A stretch of DNA of 64,000 nucleotides. Source: Piedraia hortae CBS 480.64 (taxonomy: Eukaryota). The notes beneath the pieces were generated by a model, which saw nothing but the letters and a program-made list of their open reading frames with translations, searched no databases and had not been told where the DNA came from. The DNA is taken from the NCBI GenBank assembly GCA_010093745.1, contig MU005960.1, positions 62,001 through 126,000 on the forward strand, in the 5' to 3' direction. This document shows positions 49,461 to 63,470 of the stretch, piece by piece (the stretch's first letter is position 1; each line of letters opens with the position of its first letter). Both the position numbers and the translations under genes were made by a program.

Positions 49461-50669
49461 TCATCCCATCCACCTCCTCACCAACATCGCCAAGCCCTCC
49501 AAGCCCTCCCTACTCTCAACCTCATCCACCTTAGTCGCCGCGACAAGCACATCCATTGCGGAGCTCTGCGTACTGGCATTAACACCCTGCGCGGGCTCTC
49601 CCCACTGTAATCCCAAGAAGTCCCCCTCCTGCTGTCTATTCTTCCAAACCTCCTCCGCATTTCGTTCCAAAAACGGCGCGAAGCGTCCTTCCCCCTGCAC
49701 AGCCTCCAAAACTCCAACGTTCCGCACAAAAATGCCCTTAAACTGCGATCCATCGCCGCCGCAACTATCCGGCTCACACGCCTCGACGAGGACGCCCACC
49801 CCATCGGTCAGGGCACTAACCGCCGCGGTGGCGATTTCCTGCGCGTGATCAAGGTACGTTGTATCGCCCGTTGCTTTAGCGAGTTCCACCAAACCACCGA
49901 GAACAACGCCCTGGTTATACGACCAGACTGTTTTTCCGTTATTTTCGCAATCGGAGTTTAGCCCATCGTTGATGGTTCCTTGTTCGTTGATGAGACCGGA
50001 GTTTTGGAACCAGGACCAGGATTTTAGCGCCCAGGTGAGGTAGTACGAGTGGTTGAGGCGGTTGGAGAGGTGCGCGGCGATGGAGAAGAAGAGTTCGTTT
50101 GCGATGGCGTTGACGTAGGTGTGTTTTTTGTCCCACCAGATTCCGCCGCAGGGGGTGGTGGACCATGAGGCGGCCATATCTTCGAAGATGGATTCGGCGG
50201 TGGAGAGGTAGGAGGTTCGGCCGGTCAGGTCGTAGGCCGCGATCCAGGCGAGAGCCCACCAGCCTTCGTCGTCGTAGTAGTCGTTTAGGAAGTCGGAGGT
50301 TGTGGATTGGGCTGTTGTGTTTGTTGTGGTGGTTGTGGTTTCCGGGGCAGGGGTGGATGGGTTGCCGTAGTGGCAGTGTGGGAGGTCGTCGGTGTCGGAG
50401 AGGACTTTGAGGACTTGCATGCTCGAGGCAGAGGCGCGGGAATATGTGTTGGCGATGATGCTGGTGATGTTGGGGCGGAGGTTGGAGGATAAAGCTGCGA
50501 GGTTGGTGATTGTGGTGAGACAGTTGGCGCTGTTCCACCACCCTGTGGAGGGTGACCAGATGCCTGTGTCGTAGTTGTAAAAGGTTTGCAGCGCCGTGTA
50601 GGCTGATTCTGCGTTTTCCAGAGTTATCGCAGCTTGCGCTGTGGCTGCTAAGAGTAGAATGCTTCGCAT
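49461..50669 (-). CDS. Secreted GH76 alpha-1,6-mannanase-like hydrolase
   Basis: Signal peptide MRSILLLAATAQA; GWWNSAN, catalytic YYDDEGWW, CGGIWW, NAIANEL, WSYNQG, QFKGIFVR. Confidence 0.93.
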   Translation of the reverse strand: MRSILLLAATAQAAITLENAESAYTALQTFYNYDTGIWSPSTGWWNSANCLTTITNLAALSSNLRPNITSIIANTYSRASASSMQVLKVLSDTDDLPHCHYGNPSTPAPETTTTTTNTTAQSTTSDFLNDYYDDEGWWALAWIAAYDLTGRTSYLSTAESIFEDMAASWSTTPCGGIWWDKKHTYVNAIANELFFSIAAHLSNRLNHSYYLTWALKSWSWFQNSGLINEQGTINDGLNSDCENNGKTVWSYNQGVVLGGLVELAKATGDTTYLDHAQEIATAAVSALTDGVGVLVEACEPDSCGGDGSQFKGIFVRNVGVLEAVQGEGRFAPFLERNAEEVWKNRQQEGDFLGLQWGEPAQGVNASTQSSAMDVLVAATKVDEVESREGLEGLAMLVRRWMG

Positions 50670-52248
50670 TATGGATTACGATTATTGTAATGCTAAAGGC
50701 CGATGGAAAAGAGAAAAAGAGTGGACTGGCCTGGTGTCTGATGGTAGACACTCAGGTAATTTAACCTGCAGAGACGTTTTTTGCCCTTTTCCCCAAACGT
50801 CTTGACCCGGGAGCCCCAACCGCCCGACGCACAAACCTCCCCACTTGGTCTTGAATACCACGCAGAGTCATAGTCAAATGAGCCCGGTGGTCGCAGCAAC
50901 GGCGCAGGTGCCTGGATCTGCTGCTGGTCGGACATTAAAAACTTGGACGCTTCCACGATTTGAAATCTGGCCGCATCTTGGATACAACGCCAATGTAGAC
51001 TTGTTGAGGCTCTTCGGGGATCGGGAGAAAAACTCTCGCTTGGGTTCGGCTTCAGCCATCATGCAGATACATCCTAAGCGCCCCTAAGTCACGCTTTTAG
51101 AAGCCGTTTTCGGGATATAATTACCTGAGACGGTTGTCCTCATGGCTCTGCTAAACGGACTGTCTTTTTCGCTAAAGAAGCTCTTGCCCTGTGTCTTCAA
51201 CAACCCCCCACCCCCCCCCTATGTCGTAACAGGTTAGAGAAGGTTTGTTTCGTGCCTGCATACCCGGACTGCACAACGTCCAGCATCTATTCCCGGCATG
51301 CATTGCGATTCTCGCGCGCGGATGCAGTTGCAGGGGTTGAAGTCTTGATGTGCTCGGGACAGTTGCAGATCCCGCACCCGACGGCACTTTTAGCCTCTGG
51401 CCCGGGCCGGCCAGCAGCAGGAACGTCGGCGCTGTCAGGCAGTGCTATACACCCTGTCGGACACACATTTACAGATAGATCTCTATAGCAGTTGTAAGCC
51501 ATTCGGAAATTTCACAGCGGTCCACTTGTCCCAATATCGGGAGATCCCGCAGCGACCTTGCGACACGTCACCCGCAAGATCACTCCCTAAGCCACCCAAC
51601 CATCCCATCCAAACCACAATTTCCCTTGAGCTAGAGTCCTCAACAAATCCATAAACAACCCTTCATAGGAAACTCCAACCGAACCTCTGTAACCCCAACA
51701 GCGGAGGGACGCTAGACGCTCAAGGCCTTGGATAGATTGTATATACAATACTTTACCCGGAACTCAATAGAGAATACCGTGAGTTGCGCCACCGGCGTCG
51801 GAATATTTATCCCTTTAACGGCCGATAACTGCCTGTTCACCCGATTCCCTAAATGATAGACTGACGAGTCACTCTTCCGGTTTGCAGGGCATCCCTTCGT
51901 GCTACGGAAGTCGAGGGATAAGGTGTTGTGGAATGAGTATGAAGGCTAGAGTATGATAGTCGTACTGACGGCGGCGAGACGTTTGAAGAGTAGTAGCTAA
52001 TGGCAGGCGACTATCGTCCAGTTGTGCTGTGGGAGATACCTATCGTAGGAGAAAGTGTGCACAGGTCTGGTGGGAAGGATGGTTGGTTGGAAAAAGGGTA
52101 GGATAAACAAGGTCTGCGCTGGTAGATGATTGGGATAATGGTTGTTGGCTTGCAGTGTTGTTACAGTGGCTGAAGAGTTACCTGCATGGCATTCGGACGA
52201 ATAGGAGACTTGTTTGGATCGTCCCTCTTGTTTGTCAACCACCCACAT

Positions 52249-52767
52249 TGGTGCAGCTTATTCTACCTAGTTGATCAGAACACCCTTTTTTCGCCCATAA
52301 CATCACAACAAGACCACTAATCAAATGTTCCACAGTACAAAAGACTCTTCTGATAGCGCTGAATATGGTGAGCATGTTCATTACATCGCATACGCAGAGA
52401 TCATTCGAAAAGAAGGCGTTTGATGGGACCTCTTTCGTTGGGGCTGTGTAAGCCGTTATGTGTGTGTATTCGCAGATACTTTATTGTTTGCAACGTATAT
52501 GACACTTTGAAGAGTGACTAATGATGCTTTTGCCGCCCCCGGTAGCGTTAGGCTACAAGGCATATATTGCCATAACAGACCGAAGCGCGCTAAAATGTTC
52601 TTTTTAGTAGTTTTGCTCAACTGCACGTATACGTTATAACGAGTCTGCTTATGCTACTCAGCGCCACTGAAGGAACATCTTGTACTGTGGGATTTTGTGA
52701 TAAGTGGTCTTGTTGTGATGTTATGGGCGGAAAAAGGGTGTTCCGATCGACTAGGTGAGCCGCACCA
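52249..52767. mobile_element. Foldback/MITE-like element with ~150-bp imperfect terminal inverted repeats
   Basis: 52265-52323 versus the reverse complement of 52698-52756 shows 4 mismatches in 59 nt, with weaker pairing further inward. No ORF; no TSD recognised. Confidence 0.75.
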
Positions 52768-52872
52768 TAATTGCCATTTCATCACAACGGACACATCTCG
52801 GCTCATCAGTCAGTAATAACATCTCTTGATCAGTCGTAGTTCTATGTACCCTATCCATCGCAAGCTCCGATC

Positions 52873-55122
<2,250 letters not shown>

Positions 55123-55331
55123 GATGGCGAAATGAGGAGGAAAGAGGAGGCAAGGAGGTTCGTCTTGTCCGGCTGAGCTGAATGCAGCAACACCACGGCA
55201 CTTCCCGGCCAATCACGCTGTCTGTCGCACCCCTTTTCAAACGCGCCATACAGCCGGGGCTGAGCAAGCGAATCGTAATCGGGAACGGGGCCGGGGTTAT
55301 TGGATCGTATTCGCGACGCAGGTACTAAACT

Positions 55332-57761
55332 CTAACTCACACAGCAGCCGACACCGTACATTGCCTTTTCCACGTCGCCCTTGACCCAGTACCAGTCCGC
55401 CCTCCTGTGCGCAAACTCCAGCACCTCGTCTGCCGTGAAGATGCCCAGATAGCGTTGTCCGTCGGCAATAATCGCCGCCAGATCCTTGGCTTGCGATGAC
55501 GCGATGCTGCTGCCGCTGCTCTTCTTGCCGCCGGCTGACGACGGCGGCGAGACATCAATCGGCACAAGGTAAATCTGTCCCAGCTCTCGGAGCGCCTGAA
55601 AGTATGGCAACAGGGGCTTCTGTCGCAACGTCGAGACAAAGGCAGTGTAGTGGTTGATGTCTGAAACCAGCGCGATGCCCCCGAGAACCGAGACTCTTTG
55701 TCGTTTGATGTGCTTGCAGATGACGGTAAACAGTCGTAGACCAACCTCTTGTGTAAAGACATCTAGCATATTCTTGTCTGTGCTGCCGACGAGCATCTGC
55801 GTGTGGCTTTGGACCAAGTCAACGACCTTCTGAGCCGTCGGCGAAGGCCCAATGTCTACAACTGTTGCGTTGGTAGCCTCTGGGTTGTAATCACTGGCTA
55901 ATTGGGTCGTGGCAAAGATGTGTTCGATTTGGTCCATCAAGACATCTATCCCCTTGTTTAACCCGGCTGCCACTCGTTCATCCAGCATCTGCTCAAACCG
56001 CTTCTTTTCCTTGACCGAGGGATCCAGGAAGTCATCTGGATCAACAATGTTGGTGGAAACCAGCTCCTGAGTGTAAAACACTTGGATCATTTGCTGAATG
56101 AGGTCTCCCACATTGACCAGCTCCAGGAAAGTGACCAGAGGCTCAACTCCCTGGCCTGATTCACCGTGTTGACGGGGACGGTAGTTGGTAAGACGACCAA
56201 CGGCCTTGTCAAAGCCGCTTTTGATGTGACGTCCGCCCAGGATGCTGATCAAAGCGACAAAGATGTCTCCGCACGTCCTCTTGGCTTGTTCACCGTATAA
56301 ACCACCCATGCCCACCATGACGGCCGTCCGCTCCAAGGAAGCCTTGGCATAGTGGGTCAGATTCAAGGCTAGCTCCAGGCTGAAGAGGGACTTGATGCCT
56401 TCCAATTTGGAGTTCATAATGGCCGCTTTGGCAGCAAGCTCAGTGGTTGGCGCTTCTCCGTTCCTGCTCGGTGGCTTCTTTGTCGTTGTATCAGTCGGCT
56501 TGGCAGCAGCAGCAGCAGCAAACGGCAAGACCGTAACTGGCATCATGACAACCTTCTTGAAGCTGGACAAGAAGTCTCGTTTGGCGGCCTGTCTGTTGAT
56601 GCTGGACATGAAGAACGACTCTGTACTTGCCTCCTGGTCGGACAACTCCTTTTCCCAGTGGCTTACCTGGGACTCTGACTTGTTTTTGAAAAGAGCAACC
56701 TCTTGGCTGAGGTAGTAGTCGAGGTGGGCTTTGTAACAGCGAACAATGAGCTCCTTGGCCCTCTCTCCAAAGTCTGGCGGAGAGGCCTTGGTTGGCTTGA
56801 GAGAAGCGACAAACCGCAGGGCCTGGGCAAAAGTTCCAGAGTATGCTTTGACAAACGTTTCAGCGTCTCTCTCACGCGCACTTTTGAGGAAATTTGTTAT
56901 GTACACTTGGATTACATCTTCACATAATCGCTGTGAGAATGGCGAGAGAATATCAACGGTAGGTGGAAAGACCTGGTCAATCAACTCTGCTTGCTCAACC
57001 ATGGCGGTTGCCAGACGATCGAAGAAGGCCTGTGACGGGTTCAAGTCCACATGACCAGTAGCCACTGAATCCAGACAGTCCAGTGGGTCATAACTGGCCT
57101 TGAGGCTTGGATTACAGGATACAAGACACTTGATGGCTGACGATCCACCGTTCAAGGTGACGAGAACGTGGGCATATTGGCTCAGTTTGGTAATATCTTG
57201 GGCCTCGTAAGCTGAGTTGAATTCGTCTAGAGCTCTTTGCTCAAACGAGGATATTGTTTCGAGCAGAAAGTCGTTGTCTTGATTGTCGCAACGGGCGAAA
57301 CGGACAAGGTTAGATAGAAGTTGGGCCTGCTGCTCTGGGTTTTCGTATAGAGAGAAGAGGCTGTCCAGATTAAAGTAGAGCGGTGCAAGTAGACGGTAGA
57401 CGGTCGCAAACTCGAGCCGCGCATGGCCTCTTATAGATGGGATTCTGGACAGAACGTTGAGGGCATCGATATCTGGGCCTTCATCTACCTTGGTGTGCCC
57501 ATGGAGCGCTTCCTGCCGCGCCTCGGCCTCGTTCCACGCGCCCATGGCCTTCAACTTCTGAACCCATCGCGTGTCATCGTAGACCATTTCACGCAGCCGT
57601 TTGGAGGCGCGCGCAACGCGCAGCAAATCCGGCAGGCGCAAATGGTCTAGGACGGCGGCGATGAGTTCGGCCGGCAGCGCGGGTTTCGCATCCACAATCT
57701 GCGTGGCTTTAAGCGACGCGAACACATTCTGGTCGCGTCTCTTGCGTTCGTGAGTTGGCAT
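55332..57761 (-). CDS. RCY1: Recyclin-1 (F-box, Sec10-like domain, C-terminal CAAX-like motif)
   Basis: F-box LPAELIAAVLDHL...EMVYDDTRW; KRDFLSSFKKVVMMP; FEQMLDERVAAGLNKGIDVL; ends MYGVGCCVS. Confidence 0.92.
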   Translation of the reverse strand: MPTHERKRRDQNVFASLKATQIVDAKPALPAELIAAVLDHLRLPDLLRVARASKRLREMVYDDTRWVQKLKAMGAWNEAEARQEALHGHTKVDEGPDIDALNVLSRIPSIRGHARLEFATVYRLLAPLYFNLDSLFSLYENPEQQAQLLSNLVRFARCDNQDNDFLLETISSFEQRALDEFNSAYEAQDITKLSQYAHVLVTLNGGSSAIKCLVSCNPSLKASYDPLDCLDSVATGHVDLNPSQAFFDRLATAMVEQAELIDQVFPPTVDILSPFSQRLCEDVIQVYITNFLKSARERDAETFVKAYSGTFAQALRFVASLKPTKASPPDFGERAKELIVRCYKAHLDYYLSQEVALFKNKSESQVSHWEKELSDQEASTESFFMSSINRQAAKRDFLSSFKKVVMMPVTVLPFAAAAAAKPTDTTTKKPPSRNGEAPTTELAAKAAIMNSKLEGIKSLFSLELALNLTHYAKASLERTAVMVGMGGLYGEQAKRTCGDIFVALISILGGRHIKSGFDKAVGRLTNYRPRQHGESGQGVEPLVTFLELVNVGDLIQQMIQVFYTQELVSTNIVDPDDFLDPSVKEKKRFEQMLDERVAAGLNKGIDVLMDQIEHIFATTQLASDYNPEATNATVVDIGPSPTAQKVVDLVQSHTQMLVGSTDKNMLDVFTQEVGLRLFTVICKHIKRQRVSVLGGIALVSDINHYTAFVSTLRQKPLLPYFQALRELGQIYLVPIDVSPPSSAGGKKSSGSSIASSQAKDLAAIIADGQRYLGIFTADEVLEFAHRRADWYWVKGDVEKAMYGVGCCVS

Positions 57762-57788
57762 TGTGGAGGCTCTATATACGTGGCGACA
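57762..57788. promoter_or_regulatory. 27-bp spacer between divergent start codons, with central TATATA
   Basis: TGTGGAGGCTCTATATACGTGGCGACA; both ATGs are preceded by ACA. Confidence 0.7.
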
Positions 57789-60700
57789 ATGAAACTACTC
57801 ATCAGAGACCGGCCGCGAGCCTTGGCGTTGGCCACAGACGATCATGTTTTGATCCTCCGTCGCAGCCCGCACGCCCATATATCGTCAAAGTGCATTGTAG
57901 AGTTTTCCCATAGTCAACATGTCGTCTTGGGCGACTATCGCCCGCTGTCTCTGCCTGTCAAGGGCACTCTGGGCCTCGTCGCCCTCAACAACGACGTGTT
58001 CTTGTGCGTCGTCAATGCCAGCTCTACCGTGGCCACGGTGAGACCGGGCGAAACGGTGCAGCGCATTCTCGCCGTTGAGTTTTACAGCCTCAGCAGGTCA
58101 GACTATGACCATCTGCTGGGCGGCAACCTTGACGATGCCACCGAGCCTGAGCCCATGGTCGAGCATCCATGTCTCTCTCTCAAGAAATTGCTCAGCGGCG
58201 GCAGTTTCTACTACAGCGCCGACTTTGACCTGACCAGACGGCTGCAGAACCGTCCATCTGATTGCAGTACTGTGGCCATTGACAGTCTGGACGATGGCTT
58301 TCTCTGGAATACTTATATGATCCAGCCATTGGTAGACTTTAGGTCCAGGCTGTCTGACAAGGAGAAGAGAGCTCTGGATAGCTCTGGCATCTTGACCTCT
58401 GCCATCAGAGGCTTCGTTTCGACGTTAAAAGTTTCTGCATCTGCATCACCCGCAAGAAGCAATCACTCTGGAATGGCATCGAATCTGACTCTCATCTCTC
58501 GTCTTTCCTGTCGAAGAGCCGGAACCCGGTTCAATGCCCGAGGCGTAGATGACTACGGCAATGTCGCCAACTTTGTTGAAACGGAAACCATCTTCTCGAC
58601 AGATGCAGTGTGCTTCTCTTCTGTCCAATGTCGGGGCAGCGTTCCCGTGTTCTGGGAACAAACTAGTGGTTTGCCTGGTCAACAGAAAATTACCATTTCC
58701 AGGTCCCTAGAAGCAACGCAGCCGGCATTCGATAAGCATTTCGAGATGTTGACCAAGGCATATGGCAACGTCTTTGTGGTCAATCTTCTGAGCGATGAGA
58801 AGAACCAGGAAACTATGATGACGAAGCAGTACATGCGTCTGATCAAGAATTCGCCTTTGAACGATCGAAAGGGGGACAGTACGGAGTCTGAACATGCGCA
58901 AATCAGGCACATCAACTACGACTTCCACGCACAAACGCGAGGTCCAACCGGGTATGAAGCCGCCAGTGGTATAAGACGCTACATTGAACGGGCATCCCTG
59001 GCCTTTGAATACTTCCTTTCCATCCCCCGAAACAGCGAGGCACCTGAGAATATCGTCCTCTCCCAAAGTGGCATCTTTCGCACAAACTGCCTCGACTGTC
59101 TAGACCGAACCAATCTCATCCAAACCATCATTTCCCAGCTAGCCCTCGAGAACTTCCTATCCCAACACTCCAACGAGCGAGCCGGATCCGACTTCTGGGC
59201 CCGGCACGGGACTCTATGGGCCGATAACGGCGACGCTTTATCCAAAATCTACGCCGGCACGGGCGCCTTGAAATCCAGCTTCACCCGCACAGGCAAAATG
59301 TCCGTTGCCGGGATGTTAGCCGATGTGCGCAAATCCGCTCATCGTCTCTACGTCAACAACTTCGAAGACAAATCCCGGCAACAAACCATGGACATCCTCC
59401 TCGGCCGCCAGGCGGGCCAGTTATCCGTCCACCTCCACGATCCAATCAACGACTGGGTCAACACATCCCTCAAACAACAAATCCACACTTACACCCACCA
59501 CCAAACCCTGACCATCTACTGTGGAACGTTCAACCTCAACGGCAAGATCACCGGCCTCAACACCGACCTCTCCCCCTGGCTTTGCCCTACTCCCCAATCA
59601 CCCGCCGACCTCGCGGTAATCGCCTTCCAAGAGATCGTCGACCTGGACGTCGGCCAGATCGTCAACGCGGACCTAAACCGGCGCACACTATGGGAATCAA
59701 AAGTCCTCTCCACTTTAAACACCCACTGCCCCCCAGGGGACCCCTACATCCTCCTCCGCGGCGTCCAACTCGTAGGCGCAAGCCTCTCCCTCTTCACCAA
59801 AACCTCCCTCCTCCCCCAGCTTACCAACATCGAAGCCTCAGTCAAAAAAACCGGAATGTCCGGCATGGCGGGGAACAAAGGCGCATGCGCCATCCGCCTA
59901 GACTTCGCAAATACAACCTCTCTCTGCTTCGTAACTGCCCACCTCGCCGCGGGGTTCAGCAACTACGAAGAGCGGAATAACGACTACCACACCATTTCCC
60001 ACGGATTGCGTTTCCAGCGCGATAGAGCGATCGCAGATCACGATGCAGTCATCTGGGCGGGGGACTTTAACTATCGAATCGGGATGTCGAATGAGCGCGC
60101 ACGAGCACTGATTGAGAAAAAGGACTTTGGGGAGTTGTATGCCAATGACCAGTTGAATCTGCAGATGGTTCATGGAAGGGTGTTTGAGCATTATCACGAG
60201 ACTATGCCGAGGTTTAGACCGACGTATAGGTTTGATCTGGGGAGGGAGGGGTATGATTCTTCGGAAAAGGCGAGGATTCCGGCGTGGACGGATCGAATTG
60301 TTTCACGTGGCGAGGGGTTGCAGCAGATGGTCTATGATTCGTGTGAGGAGCTTATGTTTTCGGATCATAGACCTGTGTACGGCATGTTTGAGTGTGTGGT
60401 TACGGTTGTTGAAATGGAGAGGAAGGAGGAGTTGGAAGAGAGGCTTCGCGCTGAGGCGGTTTTGAGGGGTACGCAGGAGGAGGAGGGGAGTGAGAGCGAA
60501 TGGGAGGGGGAGGGTGAGGGGGAGGGTCTTCCGCCCCCGAGCTCGGAAAAGAGAAAGTGGTGGCTTGATGATGGGATGCCGGTTAAGGTAACTTTGAGTC
60601 CGCCAAGGGAGGGGAGGTTTGTGATCAATCCCACTAGGAATAGTAATCCGTTCAAGGAGGGGGGGGAGGAGGATTGGGTTAGGGTTGAGAGGGGGGAGGA

Positions 60701-60869
60701 GGGTAGGAGTGCGCAGAGGCCGAAAGTGAAGCCCAAGCCCGAGGAGTTGAGAGGGGGAAAGAAGGGTGGGGAGAAACCGGCCCTCCCGCCAAGACGGGCG
60801 ACGAATATTATGGATGATGATGCTGATGTTAGGGAGTTGGAGGGGTGGGTTCCGCTTAAGCCGTCGTAG
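57789..60869 (+). CDS. Synaptojanin-like Sac1 plus inositol polyphosphate 5-phosphatase (Inp52/Inp53-type)
   Basis: RAGTRFNARG, RTNCLDCLDRTN (Sac1 catalytic motif), GNKG, WAGDFNYRI, PAWTDRI, SDHRPV; proline-rich tail. ATG at 57789. Confidence 0.95.
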   Translation: MKLLIRDRPRALALATDDHVLILRRSPHAHISSKCIVEFSHSQHVVLGDYRPLSLPVKGTLGLVALNNDVFLCVVNASSTVATVRPGETVQRILAVEFYSLSRSDYDHLLGGNLDDATEPEPMVEHPCLSLKKLLSGGSFYYSADFDLTRRLQNRPSDCSTVAIDSLDDGFLWNTYMIQPLVDFRSRLSDKEKRALDSSGILTSAIRGFVSTLKVSASASPARSNHSGMASNLTLISRLSCRRAGTRFNARGVDDYGNVANFVETETIFSTDAVCFSSVQCRGSVPVFWEQTSGLPGQQKITISRSLEATQPAFDKHFEMLTKAYGNVFVVNLLSDEKNQETMMTKQYMRLIKNSPLNDRKGDSTESEHAQIRHINYDFHAQTRGPTGYEAASGIRRYIERASLAFEYFLSIPRNSEAPENIVLSQSGIFRTNCLDCLDRTNLIQTIISQLALENFLSQHSNERAGSDFWARHGTLWADNGDALSKIYAGTGALKSSFTRTGKMSVAGMLADVRKSAHRLYVNNFEDKSRQQTMDILLGRQAGQLSVHLHDPINDWVNTSLKQQIHTYTHHQTLTIYCGTFNLNGKITGLNTDLSPWLCPTPQSPADLAVIAFQEIVDLDVGQIVNADLNRRTLWESKVLSTLNTHCPPGDPYILLRGVQLVGASLSLFTKTSLLPQLTNIEASVKKTGMSGMAGNKGACAIRLDFANTTSLCFVTAHLAAGFSNYEERNNDYHTISHGLRFQRDRAIADHDAVIWAGDFNYRIGMSNERARALIEKKDFGELYANDQLNLQMVHGRVFEHYHETMPRFRPTYRFDLGREGYDSSEKARIPAWTDRIVSRGEGLQQMVYDSCEELMFSDHRPVYGMFECVVTVVEMERKEELEERLRAEAVLRGTQEEEGSESEWEGEGEGEGLPPPSSEKRKWWLDDGMPVKVTLSPPREGRFVINPTRNSNPFKEGGEEDWVRVERGEEGRSAQRPKVKPKPEELRGGKKGGEKPALPPRRATNIMDDDADVRELEGWVPLKPS

Positions 60870-61769
60870 AGCTGACGTGCTTGGGGATGGTAGATGGGTG
60901 ATGGAGTGGGACTGGCGTGAGGGGCAGGGTTCGTGTGGCCCTTTGCGCCTGGTGTATGGTGGATAGAAAATCGTTGCCTCGCTCTCAATACAGAATTCGT
61001 GGATGATGTTGCTGATGTGAGAGAGCGGGGTGGGTGTTTTTCGCGGTATCTACCGTCATACAAGGTAGGTGTCGCTTTCTTTCACGTGTCTTTCGGCCTT
61101 GACTGTTGGTTTTGTTCCAAATTGAAGGGATTAAGTCGGCCTGCTCAGATTGTATCAGGTGCGATTTGCCAATGGCAGTCATTGTGTGGTGTGTCGTGGT
61201 TGAGAACTCCGATTGATGATCTAGCAACGTGGGATTAAGATCGTGGTACATACATGCCCCGCTGATCTCACTGGTTACAAGTAATGGTCTCACGTTGTCG
61301 TTTCTGTGGGTGTGTACGGTACAGTCGGACCTGGTTATAGCACTTCTACCTGGTGTTGAACTCCGTGCGCTATAAAAGAGATGTGCTGTATCCAGGTATC
61401 TGCACGTGCACTAAGACTATGTTGGGGTGCTTATTTGCTATTAAGAGGCCATGTCTAGGTTTGACTGTCTGAACTCTGCGCAAATGAACGTGGAGGAGAA
61501 TTGGCTTGCTGAGGTCTGGGACTGGTGTGGGGAAATTAGCAGACTGTAACGGTCGGCTGACTGTCTTCTTCAACGGGGATGTTTGTCCCTGGTGAAGTTA
61601 CTTATATTTGGGGAGTAAAACCAGGTCGGCGAAAAAGAATAGCCTTCAACACATTGGAGGTTCGGCAGTCCCGTCATTTGGCATACGAACACTAACGAAC
61701 GGTATGTCTCCAAATTGAAATCTTGAGCAGGCATATTACCGAAGCTCGCTCGCCAGAATAAATCCACAA

Positions 61770-62914
61770 GCAAACGATGTGAAGTCTGGGAGCAATGATC
61801 CTCAAGATTCGCACTGCTTCTTGTTGCCTTCTCCTTTTTAGTGCCTCCTTGCTCAATGTCACGAACACCGAGATACTTGCAAAGGGTCCAGGTCCAGAGT
61901 GTCAGAAATCAGACAATGCTCCAGCCTTTGGCAATCGAGTTCCATGCTCATGAAAGCCGTAGTGTCCATCAGATCTGTGCATTGCATCTTGAAAAAGGAA
62001 AGCTTGGGCAACCCCCTGAATAGCCGCAGCCAGTCTTCCGTATCGACTGACAATTTGGCGCGGGATGAAAGGCCTACATCATCAATATAGAGATAGGATA
62101 GGTTGCCCAGCTTGGCAATCGAGCAAACGTGTCGCTGACGATGAATGGGAATCCATCACCTGGGCCCTAAGCAAGTTTCCTATCCAGCTTCGTCAAGGTT
62201 GGAAAGGTGACCAAGGCCTCGAAAAAGATAGATAACGAAAGTGTAATCGTAGTCCATGCAGACGTCATCTCGCTTTGTACTTTGGTGGTTTTTTCTACCG
62301 AAAAAGGCTCGTCTGAGTTGACAATACACTGGAGCAGCGATTGACATATGTACAGCTGAACTGTTAAGCGCCGCAGCTTTTTGCGCCGGATGAGTGGTAC
62401 GAAAAAGCGCTTAATGTACGATTTTCTGATGAAAAAGGGCAGTGCAACATGCCCCAGATTCGGAAAATGGGCAAGGATAGCGTACGGCCACATGCTCTCG
62501 TAGGGAGTGCAATGCGCCTTAAGCTCAGCAAGGCTTTTGGGTATGCTGAGCAAAGATTTCATGTTGATGCAACGTACCAATGAACCTATTTCCAACGTCT
62601 TTAGACGTAGCAATGCGTAGTCTTTCATTCGGTCCGCCCACAAAGCATCGGGCACCAGGTGTAGTACCTGGACCAAATCGACAAAATTCTGGCGCTCGTC
62701 TTCGCGTACAAGTCCCAGCGTCCAACCATCCACGTCATTCCGGAGGATTTCGCTCCCTGGCCCGCGCCAATCAAAAGCTCCTAAGCGAGGTTCGGTCTCC
62801 CAGCGATATTTGTGCGATTTTGAGCAGGATCTCGTCTGGTACGTGGGACCTGCTTTGCTGCGCAGATGGGCCTTGTTGCTGTTAGGCATTTAAAGGCCCG
62901 CTATAGTGTTGCAT
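61770..62914 (-). pseudogene. F-box/LRR family pseudogene, copy G
   Basis: MQHYSGPLNA*...HVPDEILLKIAQISLGDRTSLRSF, frameshift, DWRGPGSEIL...LRLKTLEI...DWLRLFRGLPKL...DTLDL...RILRIIAPRL. Confidence 0.85.
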
Positions 62915-63202
62915 TGCTGCAGAGTGCGGTTGCTGTGGGCAATGCGTGATGTCTTCGCGATTCGTGGAAAAGTTTGAGTTCGATGACGACAGAAACAATA
63001 TTTGATTTGAACGCAGAAGCTAAGAAGGTAGATAAAGCTGTCGACCCGTACATACAACCCGGATGCCAAAGTCATGTTTTCCTACATTGCGTAACCTATA
63101 CCCCACCTTCTGACCTGAGACCTCTTTTAAAAGATGTCAAACCTTCTATCAACATGAGTGCATTCGCCACATCGCATCTTCCTGTTCCCGTATGTATGCG
63201 GT

Positions 63203-63470
63203 GATCCAAGCGTGACGCTATGAGTGTACGATGCCACTACGCGACACCTCATATACAGCTGCACCCTAGGTTTTGTCCACACAGAGGTTTCCCTCATGGT
63301 CATGTCGCATGCGACATTGTGAGTGCGCCCTGCTACTGTTTGAGGTGACTCATGGAGTAATACTGCATGCTTACGTTCATACGATTTATGACTCTTCATA
63401 GGAGGCTACGCACTGGCTTTCCGGTCCAGAATATATTCTCCGATGTCCCCCTCGTATATACACTTGTATT
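63203..63470 (+). mobile_element. LTR-like repeat, copy 3 (diverged, with internal insertion)
   Basis: cagctgcaccctaggtttt...cagaggtttccctcatggtcatgtc...tgcgccctgcta...ccggtccagaatat matches copies 1 and 2. Ends uncertain. Confidence 0.6.

Noticed and set aside
51287..51502. Cys-containing 71-aa minus-strand ORF
   Set aside because: No signal peptide or recognisable cysteine pattern; compatible with a chance ORF.
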